A stretch of 64,000 bases of DNA from Tubiluchus corallicola (lineage: Eukaryota > Animalia > Priapulida), in NCBI GenBank assembly GCA_030141605.1, contig JAQGDQ010000017.1, positions 186,001-250,000 on the forward strand. Direction: 5' to 3'. Under the pieces are notes generated by a model. The model was not told the origin of the DNA and made no database searches. It saw only the letters and a list, made by a program, of their open reading frames with translations. Below are positions 13,115 through 26,480 of the stretch, one piece after another (the stretch's first letter is position 1; every line of letters begins with the position of its first letter). A program made the position numbers and the translations under genes.

Positions 13115-13260
13115 CTAAATAAGATGGCCCCACAGATACTGTCGCGGCTTTTTTTAACTTTTCGAGAGGCGTCACAGCCATTTTCGCAAGTTTTGGGGAT
13201 TTTGTCATAGTATGGTACTTTTCCAGATAGCTTTAGAATTGCTGCTGTGCCGCTATACTT
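13115..13260 (+). mobile_element. Short LINE reverse-transcriptase N-terminal relic
   Basis: QPFSQVLGILS*YGTFPDSFRIAAVPLY resembles PL..IFN.SL..G.FP..WK.A.V.PIYK. Confidence 0.5.
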
Positions 13261-13839
13261 CCTCGCACATTTTTGAGCACTGGGATTTTGAAATGCCACT
13301 CTTTGACATGTGTTGCAGTGTCAATCACCCATGTGTCTTTGTAAAAGACTAAGCTTTACGATCCTTAAAATCGTCTTGCAGTAGTTATCTACACAGTAAA
13401 CGAAAATGGTGTTCAGTCCATTTTCAGTTCAACGCACAAATTATACCACTACCTCAACTTGAACTTTAATAGCTTATTTCTGTCAATAGATAGCACAAAT
13501 GGGAATGTCGAACAAAAAATTTATAAGTCTTGTAAAATAAATAAAATGCATCATAATATTGTGAATATACGTTTACGAATTACTGCTACTAATTACCAGT
13601 CTTTTCTTTAGACACCTTTTAATATTTAATGCAGTATGTAGTGTGCAGTGCATTACATTATAAAGGTATACATTATATAGTATAATGTATATGCAGTATG
13701 TATACTGTTAAATATACACACACTTATTTCACAATGTTCGCTTGTGTTACCAATGACTCAAATACTAGTGGCTGTGTTTTCTTTAGAGCAAATAAATAGA
13801 TCAATCAATGATAGATTCATTGACTGAGTGAGCGACCAA

Positions 13840-13990
13840 ATAATCAACCAACCAACCAGCCGGCCACCAACTCAACAACGAGTCAACCAAGCAAGCAAGC
13901 AACCAATCAACCATGCAACATACAAATCAACCAACCAACTAACAAACCAACCAACCAACCAACCAACCAGCCAGTCAGCTAACCAAACAC
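13840..13990. repeat. Degenerate (ACCA)n microsatellite
   Basis: Seen directly. Confidence 0.85.
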
Positions 13991-14202
13991 ATCTTTTCAA
14001 CACATCTTCACTGCTTGGCAGTTTTAGTGGAATTAATTAGCTTATAACTGTTAAAAAAATTGAAAACGCCTGAGGCGATTTAAAAAAAGTTATATTACGT
14101 TGTTAATACCTGATATCACATATATACTTGTCAGCAAGGCGTCACATTTATCTGTTGAGGCGATTGAGATGTTAAAATCTCTGTCAAAGGTATCTTACTT
14201 AC

Positions 14203-14355
14203 GTGCTGAACTGTACGAGTAGCTATCCGTGATATCAATGTAGGAACCAAACCAGTCCATGCGGTATGTGAACGATTTCAGTGCCTGATTGTGAACCATT
14301 ACTCCGTACCGAAAACTAGTGTTTAGCTGTCTTGAGCTGGTATCAACAAACAAAC
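14203..14355 (-). CDS. GRIA-like: Same AMPA-type glutamate receptor, preceding ATD exon (equivalent to vertebrate GRIA exon 2); not in the ORF track
   Basis: 153-nt exon with acceptor ttttgttcattgcag| and donor C|gtaagt, phase 1/1. It translates as (G)LFVDTSSRQLNTSFRYGVMVHNQALKSFTYRMDWFGSYIDITDSYSYSSA(L). It joins exon 919-1170 in frame (C|TG = Leu, then CNSLARG) and matches the iGluR pattern G.LF.....AFR.....N......I...DSF.....C. Confidence 0.88.
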
Positions 14356-15686
14356 CTGCAATGAACAAAATAATATATTTATAACCATTTAACCTAGAAG
14401 TGGTATTTATAACATTCTGCCGGAAATGGAAAGAGCTGCATTAGAACAATAGTATGTTTTATTCTTTTCGTTTGCTTCTTCAGTTTTAATACAACGAAAC
14501 TGGCAGATTTTTAGAGTCGCTTAAGGTGCATAGATGTTCTCATGTATATAGACTTTAGAAGGTTGTTACGAAAAGTAACGTTACTTTTTGTAGAAACACA
14601 CACGGGGCTGTAATGGGTTAGTCGAAAACACACATTGCCACATGACACGTCACGCTACCAAATTCGTATATTACGCAACAGTATGTTGTATTACAACCAT
14701 TATGTTACGTTCCATCATGTTAGGTCGCCATGAAATGATGTAATAGCACTACATCACGAGGTATGTCATTTTGCGCTGCCTGTTATGTTGCTCTACATTA
14801 CGTAATAGGTTTTAGATAAGGGCCATGTGTTGTGGGTCATACCAACTGTAAGCTTGCTGATATAGTGTAGTACATATTTGAATATAGTAATAGCATGTTA
14901 CCATATTGGCCTATATCTACATTTTAGTTCATTTTGCGTTGCATTACATTATATTATATTGCGTTGTGTACTGGTGCGCCACGTTACACTACCTCAGTTT
15001 GTGGGGCGAATTACTCTACGTTCCACTGCGTTACATTATGCAATTACATTATGTAAATTGAAGCCGAATTCTTATGTCTTTGGTAATTTGGACCCATTTT
15101 CTAGTCGAATCATGTCGGTGATTTGGCGGCAAATGGTGCAAAATGTTTGACGATTGCATTTTACGCGCAAAAATGATCTGCACGCCTTATTTAAAGCAAT
15201 TACCATTCACCGTTTTACACCCATGTGCTCCTGTTAAACAGTTTCGTTTTAAATGCATTTAGACACCTGTAATTGGTCTCTAAATTATGCATGTTCTAAA
15301 GAAAATTGGTTGACACATCTGACTGCCTTAGTGCTTTAGACACTTACGATAAAGTGCAAATAACTGGCTTTGTTCGAATAAAAAACTTCAAATAAAAATT
15401 TCCATAATGCATCCATATCAAAGGATCGTTTTCACTAACAAATGATTTCAATGAATTTTAGGTTAGATGATGATGATGATGATGATGATGATTGTAATTT
15501 GTTACATGAAACAATGTCATTTATAAGAGTTTTTCATGGTAAGTAATAAGTTATTTAAAATAATTTATTTGATTCATGGTTTCAGGTTTCCGGAGTCGTT
15601 TTAATTTTTTAGGAAAACTTTGATACGTTTCGTAACATCTACAGTGTGGATTTTTGAAAAAGCAGTTTTGGCAAAACAAATTTTTT

Positions 15687-15888
15687 TGTCGTAAGCATGC
15701 AGTTACACATATATGTGTCGTACACAAACATTCAGCAATACGTATATGTCGTACATAAAAAATTAAACATGGAGCAATACGTATATGTCGCACGTTAACA
15801 CACAGCAATACATATATGTCGTACGTGAACATGCAGCAATACATATATGTCGTACGTAAACATGCAGCAATGGGCCTACATACATGTC
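15687..15888. repeat. Minisatellite with a 31-bp unit, about 6 copies
   Basis: The unit TACATATATGTCGTACGTAAACATGCAGCAA is repeated with variation. Confidence 0.9.
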
Positions 15889-16475
15889 GGGCGATCTATA
15901 GTTTATTTAAAATGTTATGTTTCTTTTACGGTTTCACGGTTTAGGAAAGTGTTTTAATTTTTAGAAAGAAATTAAATCTATTTCGGGACATGTAAAGTGC
16001 GAAAATGTCTAAAACACCAAACAAAATGTCTAAAAGGGAAGCTATATCCTTCCGTTTTACATGGATGGTAGTTACAGTATACCTACTGAGTCTACAATTC
16101 CCCATTTGTTAACAATTTCAGTACAATTTCGCTAGGTTGCGCAGATCAAGTCTCGCTAATTTTTCACCAAATGCCTGCCTATGAATTATTGATAACAACA
16201 AGCTGAGGAAAGCGCAGTATCACTTTCTGCTTACGCATTCGCCAGTGAATTTCTCATTAACGCTATTTTATAAGCCATCAGTTGCAGGGCTTCTCGCACT
16301 GACAAGCATTTCATATATTTCTTGCTAGGGCAACGAGGGATTTGAGAAAGCTGTAAATATTTCAATGTTTTGCCAGTCTCATTTATTTCGCTTGCATGCT
16401 TTTAGCTATAGATATATGTGAGTAATGTGTTGTTGACTTCGGATGAATATTGGATTTGAGGAAAGTCGGGGAGAG

Positions 16476-16478
<3 letters not shown>

Positions 16479-16537
<59 letters not shown>

Positions 16538-16568
16538 AGGAGATGGAGTGTGTGTGTGTGTGAGAGAG
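16479..16568. repeat. (AG)n and (TG)n microsatellites
   Basis: Seen directly. Confidence 0.97.
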
Positions 16569-18834
16569 AAACAGAACAGAAAGGAAGAAAGATGGTTTCA
16601 TTCGCCATGCTTATTATGGCAGTTTAGCTCACAAAAACATGATGTATACATCCGAAAGCGGCTGAGACATCCCTGGCAGTCTAGTGGGGCTCGTATAGGC
16701 GTAGCCTTTATTATGAGTCATGCTGCAGTCTTGCAATGACCATCTAGCGTAAATAAAACTTTCCATTGGATGCTGGATTCCGGCTTGCAGGATACCGTAC
16801 ACAGGCTGCAAAACTGCATATAGACTGCAGACTGCAGGAAAGGATAGCTATTTAGTAACCAGGCTGATGCTTAGCTGCATAAGTTTCCACTCTCATTATT
16901 CTTAATTGAAAAAGGTAGATGGTTTATTAATCAAATGTCGACATTAGAACAATTAATAAATTAGGTCTATCATTTGTCCGTGAGCAATAATTGGGAAGAA
17001 TAAGGAAACTGAATGTTAGCTGATTGTGGGAAAAGGGGAAATATCGCTGGGTAATGCAAACTCTGTGCACATTAACTAGTTTCAGATTAACTAGTTGCTA
17101 GCAATTAAGAAAGACATAATTTTGTAATAATCAATGTACAAAAGTTCACCATGAGCCCCTCTACATTGTCATACACTTTTTGAAAAGTAATAACTAAGGG
17201 TTTACTCATTGGCGTAATGATTCTGTTATCATGACTATCCATTTTCATTTGTTCGTTTTAAGAGTTTTAATTTTGCAAGTAGTTTAACTTTTCCAAATGT
17301 CTCCTACCTGAGTTCGGGAGAAATCTTTTACGTTAACATTCTGACTGCCTTTTTCAAATGATTTCTATCGAAATTTTGCCGGCGCATTGCAAGTATCAGT
17401 TGCCATTGTGGCATTAATTTGCAGCAGTTTTCAAGTATATTCAACTGCATCTCTGTATTATATTGTGCAAGTCTAGCGGGATTTGCAGAGTTTATTGAGG
17501 ATACGACCTTCAAGAAAATTACAAGTCAAATTTGGTGAGGCAGGGAGTATGAACTGAAAAAAACAGTGTTGTGTAAGCTACAACAAGAACATATTGAAAA
17601 CGATTCATATGCAGCAGCCGTCCTGGACCATTTATCCGCAAGAATTTTCAAAGTAACGTTCAAACTGGCTGATAAAGTGCTCTAAAATTGAGTTTGATGT
17701 TTCTCATCTTTCTCTGTAACAAGCAAAGTAGATCGCTTTTCTAGAATAAACTAAAATCTCTGCGCATGCACTGCGATGGTCTGCAATAACCAGAAATGTA
17801 AATGGTTCGTCCCTTTGCAAACTTGATTAATTCAGCCGCAAAATTAGCGACGTAGGTATAACCGACAGATCACATTATAACAAAATCCGAGTTATGCAGA
17901 TGCATTCTCGCCTGCGTTAAGCCAATAAAAACGAGAGCTTCAAATCGCTAAAATTTTATGCCTTTCTTCAATCTCTGCGTATAGATTCCCCCGAGGGAAA
18001 AGCTGACACGTCAGTTTCAGGTGTTTCATGAAAGAGTGCATCGAACTACGATGCTGTAGAGCGTTTAGTCTTGGAAAATGCTCATAATAAGCGCATTAAA
18101 AATATAGAAAAACATTGAGCATTTCCCAAGACGCAAAAAGGCACAGGAAAAGATAGAACAAACTCCAAAATAATTTAATCGATTGACATTATTAAGCGGT
18201 AAATGTGTTCCTATGTGGTAAGCGGAAATATGATTTTATCTTATATAATTGGTCCACATATTCGATATAAAGCATTGTTCTTTCATTACCAACCCCCTGA
18301 TTTTACAATTTAAACTACTCTGTACGACATTTACTGCTATGTCCCACTCAGTCAGCAGTTCTCTACTACAACGTATCAAATGTTTAAAAGTGATCTTGAA
18401 TTTGCTTTGAAGTGGGGCTCAAACTGTTTGTCACTTTTAATACGAAGAGAAGAGGCGCTTGTATCATTTTGTCGCCAGGCTTCGTAATGTCAGGTTACCT
18501 CACATAAATATTTATTTTTTCTCTTTCCGATCAGTCTTTTGTTCACTTTAGTACTACTTGTGTTCAGATGTTCACATTACATATAGGAGTACTTATCTTA
18601 CAGAAGAAAATATCGAAAAAAAGGATATCAGTTCACTACAAGTTATACAAATTATATTTGTCCGAGCATGTATAATCTTTCTGCTTCAGTCGTAGATCTT
18701 GACTGGCTACAAATGGGTTGAGACGACCTGTGTAAGAAATCATACAGTCATTTAGTCATTCACCCATCCGCCATTCATTCCTTTAAGTCTTTATTTACCG
18801 ATTGATTCAGTCTGTCATGCATTCATTTATTCCC

Positions 18835-19190
18835 AAATCATTCATTGATTCATTGATTGATTAATTGATTGACTGACTGACTGCCTGAGTGACTCACTGA
18901 CTCACTGACTGACTGACTGACTGACTGACTGACTGACTGACTGACTCTGACTCACTCACTGACTGACTGACTGACTGACTGACTGACTGACTGACTGACT
19001 GACTGACTGACTCACTCACTCACTCACTCACTCACTCACTCACTCACTCACTCACTCACTCACACACTCACTCACTCACTCATTCAATCACTCACTCACT
19101 CACTCATTCCTTTGTTCACTCATTCATTCATTCATTCATTCAATCAACCAATCAATCAGTCAGTCAGTCAGTCAGTCAGTCAGTCAGTCA
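18835..19190. repeat. Compound microsatellite (ATTG)-(ACTG)n-(ACTC)n-(ATTC)n-(CAGT)n
   Basis: Seen directly. Confidence 0.97.
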
Positions 19191-19192
19191 TA

Positions 19193-19962
19193 TGTCGGGA
19201 AATCGCATATATATTTCCCGAAGATAGCTTTAATTTTATGTGTCTATCAAATCCCCCCTAAATTCTCTAACATTTTTTCTGATTAATGAATTTTCCTTTA
19301 ACTACAGTCTTATAATATAGCTTTGAATGTTAAACTTAGATTTGCCCTAAGAATAGGTCTGTATGTAGGTAGTTCCAGACCATACAAGTATGCATTGCAT
19401 GAAGCCCACTATTTGGTATAATTTATGAAGGAAAAGTTTATATAAGGCTGCTGACATGAGCAACGAGGACGACTCTCTTAGCTTTCACTGGATAACAGAG
19501 CAAGTCCCTTTATATAGGTCTATAGTGCTAAATTATAGATAAAATTATGGTGCACCTAACTTGAATTTATGTTATACCTTATAAGGTGAGTATTGTGCTT
19601 TAGTGCATTGTGCTATTTGTGATAATATGCTATTCAGGTAATTGGTAATATGTAGGTAAACATTTATGATAGTTAACTAACACGATATATTTGTGAAATT
19701 TGTAATGTGAGGATCAAACTATAGCTTGTGAAGTGTGTATTATCAATGAATTGAATGAATAATTATTTATTTTGTTGTGGCCACATTTTAATCTAATCTT
19801 GTCTGTTTCTTATTGTTGGTTTGTGAACTTTTGAAATAGGAAGTATGAATGACTAAATAAAAATGATTAAATGTTCAAAGTAGTGAGACACAAACAATTA
19901 AAGAAATACATATAGAGGTTTACTTTAAAAACGCCTAATCGCATAACCCTATCTTAACGACA
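19193..19962 (+). mobile_element. Solo LTR (770 bp), BEL/Pao- or Gypsy-like
   Basis: The termini TGTCG...CGACA form a perfect 5-bp inverted repeat. The flanks GTCATA (19187-19192) and ATCATA (19963-19968) form an imperfect target-site duplication. Inside are TATATAAG (about 19439), several splice-donor-like motifs and AATAAA (about 19856). Confidence 0.65.
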
Positions 19963-21739
19963 ATCATAAAAACATTTCTGACAGTTTCAGCCCTGTTACA
20001 AATAGATTACCAGGTTAGTGTACCATAGGTTTCTCCCCTGAGCTTTGTTAACATAAAAATCATATACAATAAAATAAATTTTACGATAACTGTGATGTTA
20101 ATTGCCTAATTAGCAAAGCCTCAGACACGATTCACATTCAGACCATTGTTGGCAGATTTAAAGAGCGTGATGCTGACAAACTCAGATTTGATTTCTGTAT
20201 TGAGGAAGCTTTATAAAATATAAAGCTAAAAGTGTTTTCAATTTAAATTTCTGGTCTCAACTTCTTGCTGAAGTGACCATGGGAAACAATAAAAATTATT
20301 TCGTTTGTAGTTAAAACAACACAACATTATTAGAACTTTTATAATAGCCAAATAGGTAATGAATAGGTAACAAAAAATTGATTTGAATTATTTCGTTGAT
20401 TGATCATATTCTAGGATCAAGCTTATTTCAAATGTTAAATAGTGAAAATGTCTTGTATTGCTAACGTAACTTAACGTATGTGAACTGCTGTGTACCTGAT
20501 AATGTTTTAGTATGCGACGCATAAACGAGACGTGGCACTATACCTAAATCGTTTTTTTAGCAAAAACGGTTGTTTTAATTTTCAAAATCGATAAAAATGC
20601 TTCATCTCATTTTGTTGAAACACTTCCTATTATTAAATACTGTAGATTCAGAGCAGAGCTCCTCGCAAGCATCATAAAGTTAAGATGTATTACAAAACTA
20701 GAAGGAAATTGCATTATCCTTTGCTTGACTCATCAGCCGGGATAGCGAGATCTCTTCAGTAATGTAATTAGTCGGTGCTAGTATAACAATTACACGCCGA
20801 GCGCAGCATGAATTATAGCTATTGAACGGCGGATGTAGAACCGGAACTAGAACCGGAAGGCGAAGACAAATCAGCCTAAAACAATCTGCAAAGCCCTGGT
20901 GAGCTAATTGTTCGTTCTACAAGTAAAACGTTCTTGCTTGGTTGTTCAATAAATCCTAGTAGATGTGGACTGTAAACAATGACAGCAACTTTAGATTTAT
21001 TTATTATATTACGTAAATATTAATTTCAGCAGTAGCATTTGTTTGTTTCTGAGTTAACTCTAGGCTTATTATTTAGAATAATTACATGGCAGCTATCACA
21101 TTAAGACTTGTGTGTCACGTTGTTCACTTATTTATAGTAATATTATGTTGATAAAAATCTCTAAACAGAACAATGATAAACTCTTTGGCATCTGCGAGTC
21201 TTGTGTCTAAGTATCGCGTGACATAGCGTACTGGTTAATTAAATTCCATGACAAAAGTAATTTACCCACATTGGACTCTGTTCCACGACAATTCCACGTG
21301 CCGGCATAAAACACTGAAGACATTTATTCATTATATAACAGGGTGTCAGGGGAATGATAGCCCCGCTGTTCTCAAAAATGATCACATGTGATCACAAGTA
21401 CATATGTAGGCCTAAGCGTATCATTTTATGTTTTTGTTTAAAATATTTCTTATTCGACCTGTCTTTCTAGTTCTTTCTACTCCTCATTTCAGAAATCAAA
21501 AACCAATGAAAATCTTGAATAAATGAGTCACGACGCCCATCACAACTGAGAAGTCAATATGAATCGCATCCATGTCCATTTATGTGGCTGTTTGAGCAGT
21601 GAACAACGACAGTTAAAAGTTTTTTACTCAAATTTAAATGCCGTTTTTCATGATTTTGTGGATTTTTTCTCATCTTTTTCGGTTTCTTCGGTGCAGTGGC
21701 GGCCATTTATTTTCTGACCCATTTACATTCCTCATCTTC

Positions 21740-21902
21740 ATCATCTTTGTCGTCGTCGTTATCGTCACCATCATCATCATCATCAAGATCGTCGTCGTCG
21801 TCATCATCATCATCATCGTCATCAACACCAAAGCCACCACCACCACCATCATCGTCGTCATCATCACCAACTCATCATTATCATCATCAACATCATCATC
21901 AT
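21740..21902. repeat. (CAT)/(CGT)/(CAC) trinucleotide compound repeat
   Basis: Seen directly. Confidence 0.95.
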
Positions 21903-24689
21903 TGAGGTCAAGGTGAAAATTAGGGTGTAGCATTTACAGACCGGAATCATCGCTGTAGTATTTATAGACCGCATCGACGCTATCTTCTGTGTTATTGCGA
22001 GTATACACATAGGCCTACATTGTTTAGCTGAAACCTAATATCTCAAAATCTATCACATCAATGGAGCGATGTGATGTGCGCTGGGCTTCACAGTCTGTAC
22101 TAAGCGCTAGACATATTCTGAAGGAACCATGTTTCTTTTATACTCATGGTGATAATGTATAGTTAGTAACTGGGTTTTGTATAAAGCGTGCGGCAATTGA
22201 ATAAGGTATCTGGGATTGATGAATGATTATAATAAGGTTATACATGTTCTCATTGCATGCAAAAGACTATACTGTACAGTTACTACAGTATAGCCTTTTC
22301 GAGAATGGTTAAATTTGCAAAATATGAAGTTTTACAACAAACAATTCTATTACATGCAATGCAGTTGTCCGCTATTTTACCTGTGCTGCACTGTAAAAAT
22401 TTTAATTTTAGTAAATTTAGAGACAGTCTCAGGGAGACAGGTAGGGAGAAGGGAGGAGTCAGCATAATTGTAACGTCGTTATATTTTTAGGTAACTTCCC
22501 GAAATTTCGTGACCTAACTTTAACTCAAAATACTTTTTTTTAGAAAATCTGGCAGTAAATTGATAGCTTTAAGCGGGCCTGATATTCGCAACTATCTTTT
22601 GACTAATATTTATTTTACAATTATTTGATCTATTTTAGGGCGTTACTTACTTTATCCATGTTATGGTACACACTGCAGCCTGCGGCCCCTCAAGCTTGGG
22701 GTGCCCTCAAACTTGAGGAGGTCTGCTAAAAGATTTTCAAATATATTTTTTTTGAAAAATGAGTATAATATTTTAATATTTTGTAAAATTCTTGAATAAT
22801 TCATTCGGGATCCCTGTTTGAAGCCCTTTAGTTGAGATAAGGTGCCCACAGTTTATATGTGACTGTGGGCCATTTAGAGGCGGCTACGTTTGAAGGGGCA
22901 CCCATCATTTCATTACCCCTAAAAAGTCATCCGGATCTGATTATGACTAATCCTCAATAATCATGCTTTTTGAAAATCTCTGACAAGCTAAATTAAAATT
23001 AATCCCTTTAAGACAGCTCTCCCTCGACTTAATTTCTCTCATCATCTAGATCAGACGACTAGAATTTTAAAAGGGTTTTAGTTGCTGCGAATCTGAATGG
23101 TTAATAATTACCGCTTTCTTAGTCTGTAGAAAGCTTTTATGAAATTAATGCGTGTCTGGATGATCACAAATGCATGGAAAAGAAGTGGCTGTATCACCAT
23201 CATAAAATTATGGCGGTTCAATAACAATAGCTCTTAGTCGAACTCTTGGAGGTTCAATATAGAACAGGAACACTTAACATGTGTAAGACTAAGGCATGGC
23301 ATGTTGCTTGAGACAGCACAGCGATGTACGTTATGGAACAGTATTATTGAGCTGTAGAAGGCACACAACGCAACACAACACATCAAAGGACATCACTGTA
23401 TGATACCCAACAGAGCATCAGCACAGTACAGTATACAACAACGTGACGTAACGCATCACAACGTAAAAATATAATAAACTTTGCTAATGGCCTCGATTTG
23501 CAAAAATTACAGGTCCACGATTTTACAGGCGTTAAAACTTTTGCCAGGCATTCCCGTTCCGTTCATTATCATGCAAATGGCTTAATTACTGGTAGCACTT
23601 CGGTAAATTGACGTTCGGGCAATTTAGTTTAGCAAATTACCAGCTACTGGCTGCTAAATGTAATTTAATATGCTCATTCCTATACACGAACAGCAAGGAA
23701 TCAAACAGCCATTAATTGAAAATGCCATTTAGCAGACAATGGCTGCTTGGGAGCTTGAAAAAAGTGTGGATTTGTGCGGCTTGATGCTTTCGCCAAGTAC
23801 ACGTAGATTAGTAACAAAGTGTGTTTAAAAATGTTAACAATATTATTCTAAAAATAACACAAAAGCAGTTTTTTGTAGCATGTTATATACAAGATGATTT
23901 ATATACACTGAAGTTTTAAAATAATTTTTCCTCGATAACGTCATAGTCATCTACAAAATCGGAAGTGTCACAAGATTTTGTTTATTTCAAATTACATATT
24001 CACGTGCAATCAGTACTACAACATAAAAACGAAATATCCAAAAACACTGTAGATGCTAAATGCGTAACCGCAAATACTCTTTTGAAAGAGTCTTGAAAGA
24101 CACCAAATAATATTATTAAAAGTTCTTGGTCTTTTGACTGAAAATAGCGTTTGGACACAAAGTATGGATGAAAAACATTTCTCGTCGAAGGCGTCAGCTT
24201 TTCGGGATTTCAACCATTTCACTGTTTGTTTATTCAACCTTTAAACAGCATCCAACGCTCAGTTTTTAAATGCTGTACTCCAGCAGAATTCTTGTTACTC
24301 AAAATTCAATTGAAAATAGCCTCGTTTTTACGGCACCTAACATGCTTTTTATTCGCCTTTATTGGCCTGTAATTTGTCTCGATACGAACTTGATTTTCTC
24401 GACAAACTTATCCCAAATTACCCGGCTGTTTATTGCTGTGAATGTCGCGAGTGAGAGCGGCAATGCTGTGCGTGAGCGGTGCGTCTGAACGTGCAAAGAG
24501 TTCTTCTCATTTAGAAAACAGAGTACAAATCCAACGATACTCAAAAGAGATTGTTGCTGATTATGGAAAGATTACATAAGATCGTTACGTACTTTCGTAG
24601 GATGGACTACTCAGTCAATGAGTCTAACTCACTGATATTAGAATGAGTAGTTTGTGCAAGTATACTAGAAGTTTAAATTTCTTTACGCG

Positions 24690-24765
24690 GATCGACACTC
24701 AATTTACTGATCGACACTCATTTCACTACCCGATACTCCATTCACTGACCTACACTCATTTCACT
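24690..24765. repeat. 19-bp tandem repeat, 4 copies
   Basis: GATCGACACTCAATTTACT / GATCGACACTCATTTCACT / ACCCGATACTCCATTCACT / GACCTACACTCATTTCACT. Confidence 0.8.
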
Positions 24766-25974
24766 TCAAATAATTCATTTCAAGTTTTATTTTTTTAAAG
24801 GTAACAACTTAAACTCAGCCACGTTATTTGGAAATTCTTTTACTAAACTCGTCAATATTAGTTCCTGAACTCCAGTCTAGAACTGTTATTGTACAACCAA
24901 CATAGCGCCAGTAAACAAAAACAGCAATAACAACTCCAGTCTGCAAAAAAGTAATATTTAAAGAAGTTGAAAAATAATTATTGTGAAGTTTAGTGACAAG
25001 CGAATTGCAACAAAAACTCAGTCGGTTAGAACTGAATGTGGTCTTAATTCGACAACCTTTCTGCATCTGAAAATAGGCAGCTCGCCACATAGGGCCTATT
25101 GCGAAATACTTCAGTACCATACGATATACAACGCAGAAGAAAACATTAAAAATTCGAAAACACAATAAACAGCAATTCAGCGGGAGGGGGGGCGTAACAA
25201 AAATCAAAACCAACGACAAACCCCTAGTTATTAGCCCCATTTACTAAGCCCTTCTCTGGAAAACACAACTTGTAGTAACAACAGGAATGGCAATAGTAAC
25301 AACAGCGACAGTAACAGAAACAGCAATGCAAACGACAATGGCGATGAGAACAGCAGCAGATGTCTGTATTTTTTGCCATGAACTTTTTCTACCAGCAACA
25401 TCAATTGAGAAATTTGTTTAGATCCTTTAAATTTCAAGAAAAAGCCGACGAGTTGCAAAGATGCTTCTAAAGGGAACCATCTCATTATAATTATTGAACT
25501 CAATTATATAGGTTAACTGAAATACAAATCACGCAAAAGTAGGAAGGCATTGAAATTTTAAATCAAACAAAGAGTCTCTTCTTGAACTGATTTCTGATTG
25601 TATTTCGTAGTGAGATTTAGGGTTAGTTTTTTAAAAGAAGAATATCGCTTCACTGCACACTTCCCTTCCTACTAGCGGCTCAGCACGCTTGGTTTCATAA
25701 AGGATACAAAGAAAGGAGAAACCTATTCGTCATACCATTTCGTGCGCAAAGATTTATTGGACAGAAAAGGGCTATAAATTTGCAGCCTGCACTCTGGCAA
25801 AATGCTACAATAAGTATTTGACGCAGAACACGGATTAATTCATTTGTTGGACACTAGATGTATGGGATATGCTTTGTTAAGGAACTTGTTGAACGCGGGT
25901 AATAAAAATAATACAACTCCTTTATAAATATGTTTACAGTTAGTTGTGCTTAATAGAGTTAAATTGCCACCTTG

Positions 25975-26229
25975 TTCTTTCTTCCTTTTAAATCCCATCC
26001 ACTTTTCCACAATTTTACCGCTAGTTTCTTCTTTCTGTTTCTCCTCCTTTCTCTAGACCTTCTTTTCTTCCTACTTCTCTCCTTCCTTTCTCTCTTCCTT
26101 CCTTCCTTCCTTCCTTCCTTCTTTCTTTCATTCCTTCTTTCTTTGTCTTTCATTTATTCGTTCTTTCTTTTTGACGTTCTGTTCTCGCTATCTCATTGCT
26201 TGTTTTCTGCCTTCCCCCGCTTTCCAGTT

Positions 26230-26283
<54 letters not shown>

Positions 26284-26480
26284 TCTCTTTCTCCCCTCCG
26301 TTTTTGCCTTTTCCTTTTATTCCCCGGTTCGTACACTTTGTACACTTACCTTCAGATTAGTGGCAACTATTCTTTTCTTTTCATCCTCCAATTACATTTC
26401 TTTATTCGTTTCTACCCCTCTTTCTCTTTCTCTCTCTCTTCTTTCTCTCCCTCTCTCCCTAAGTCTCACTTTCGCTCACA
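25975..26480. repeat. Pyrimidine-rich low-complexity tract of about 500 bp, including (CCTT)n and (CT)n
   Basis: Seen directly; the pure (CT)n core is at 26234-26284. Confidence 0.92.

Larger units (their letters stand above)
1171..14202 (-). other. GT-AG intron (13,032 nt) of the glutamate receptor gene
   Basis: Bounded by the donor of exon 14203-14355 and the acceptor of exon 919-1170. The frame is preserved across the junction. Confidence 0.85.

Noticed and set aside
15687-15888. CRISPR-like array (also considered for 39482-39547 and 24690-24765)
   Set aside because: The units are head-to-tail without unique spacers, there are no cas genes, and the context is eukaryotic.
21262-21323. ATG-to-phase-1-donor peptide MSSVFYAGTWNCRGTESNV as receptor exon 1
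   Set aside because: It has no hydrophobic core and the donor is weak.
21638-21916. Signal-peptide-like ORF MPFFMILWIF...
   Set aside because: It is on the wrong strand for the receptor and runs into a trinucleotide repeat.
25231-25503. Leucine-rich minus-strand ORF as a signal-peptide exon
   Set aside because: The hydrophobicity comes from a decayed (CAA)n repeat, and there is no good donor.
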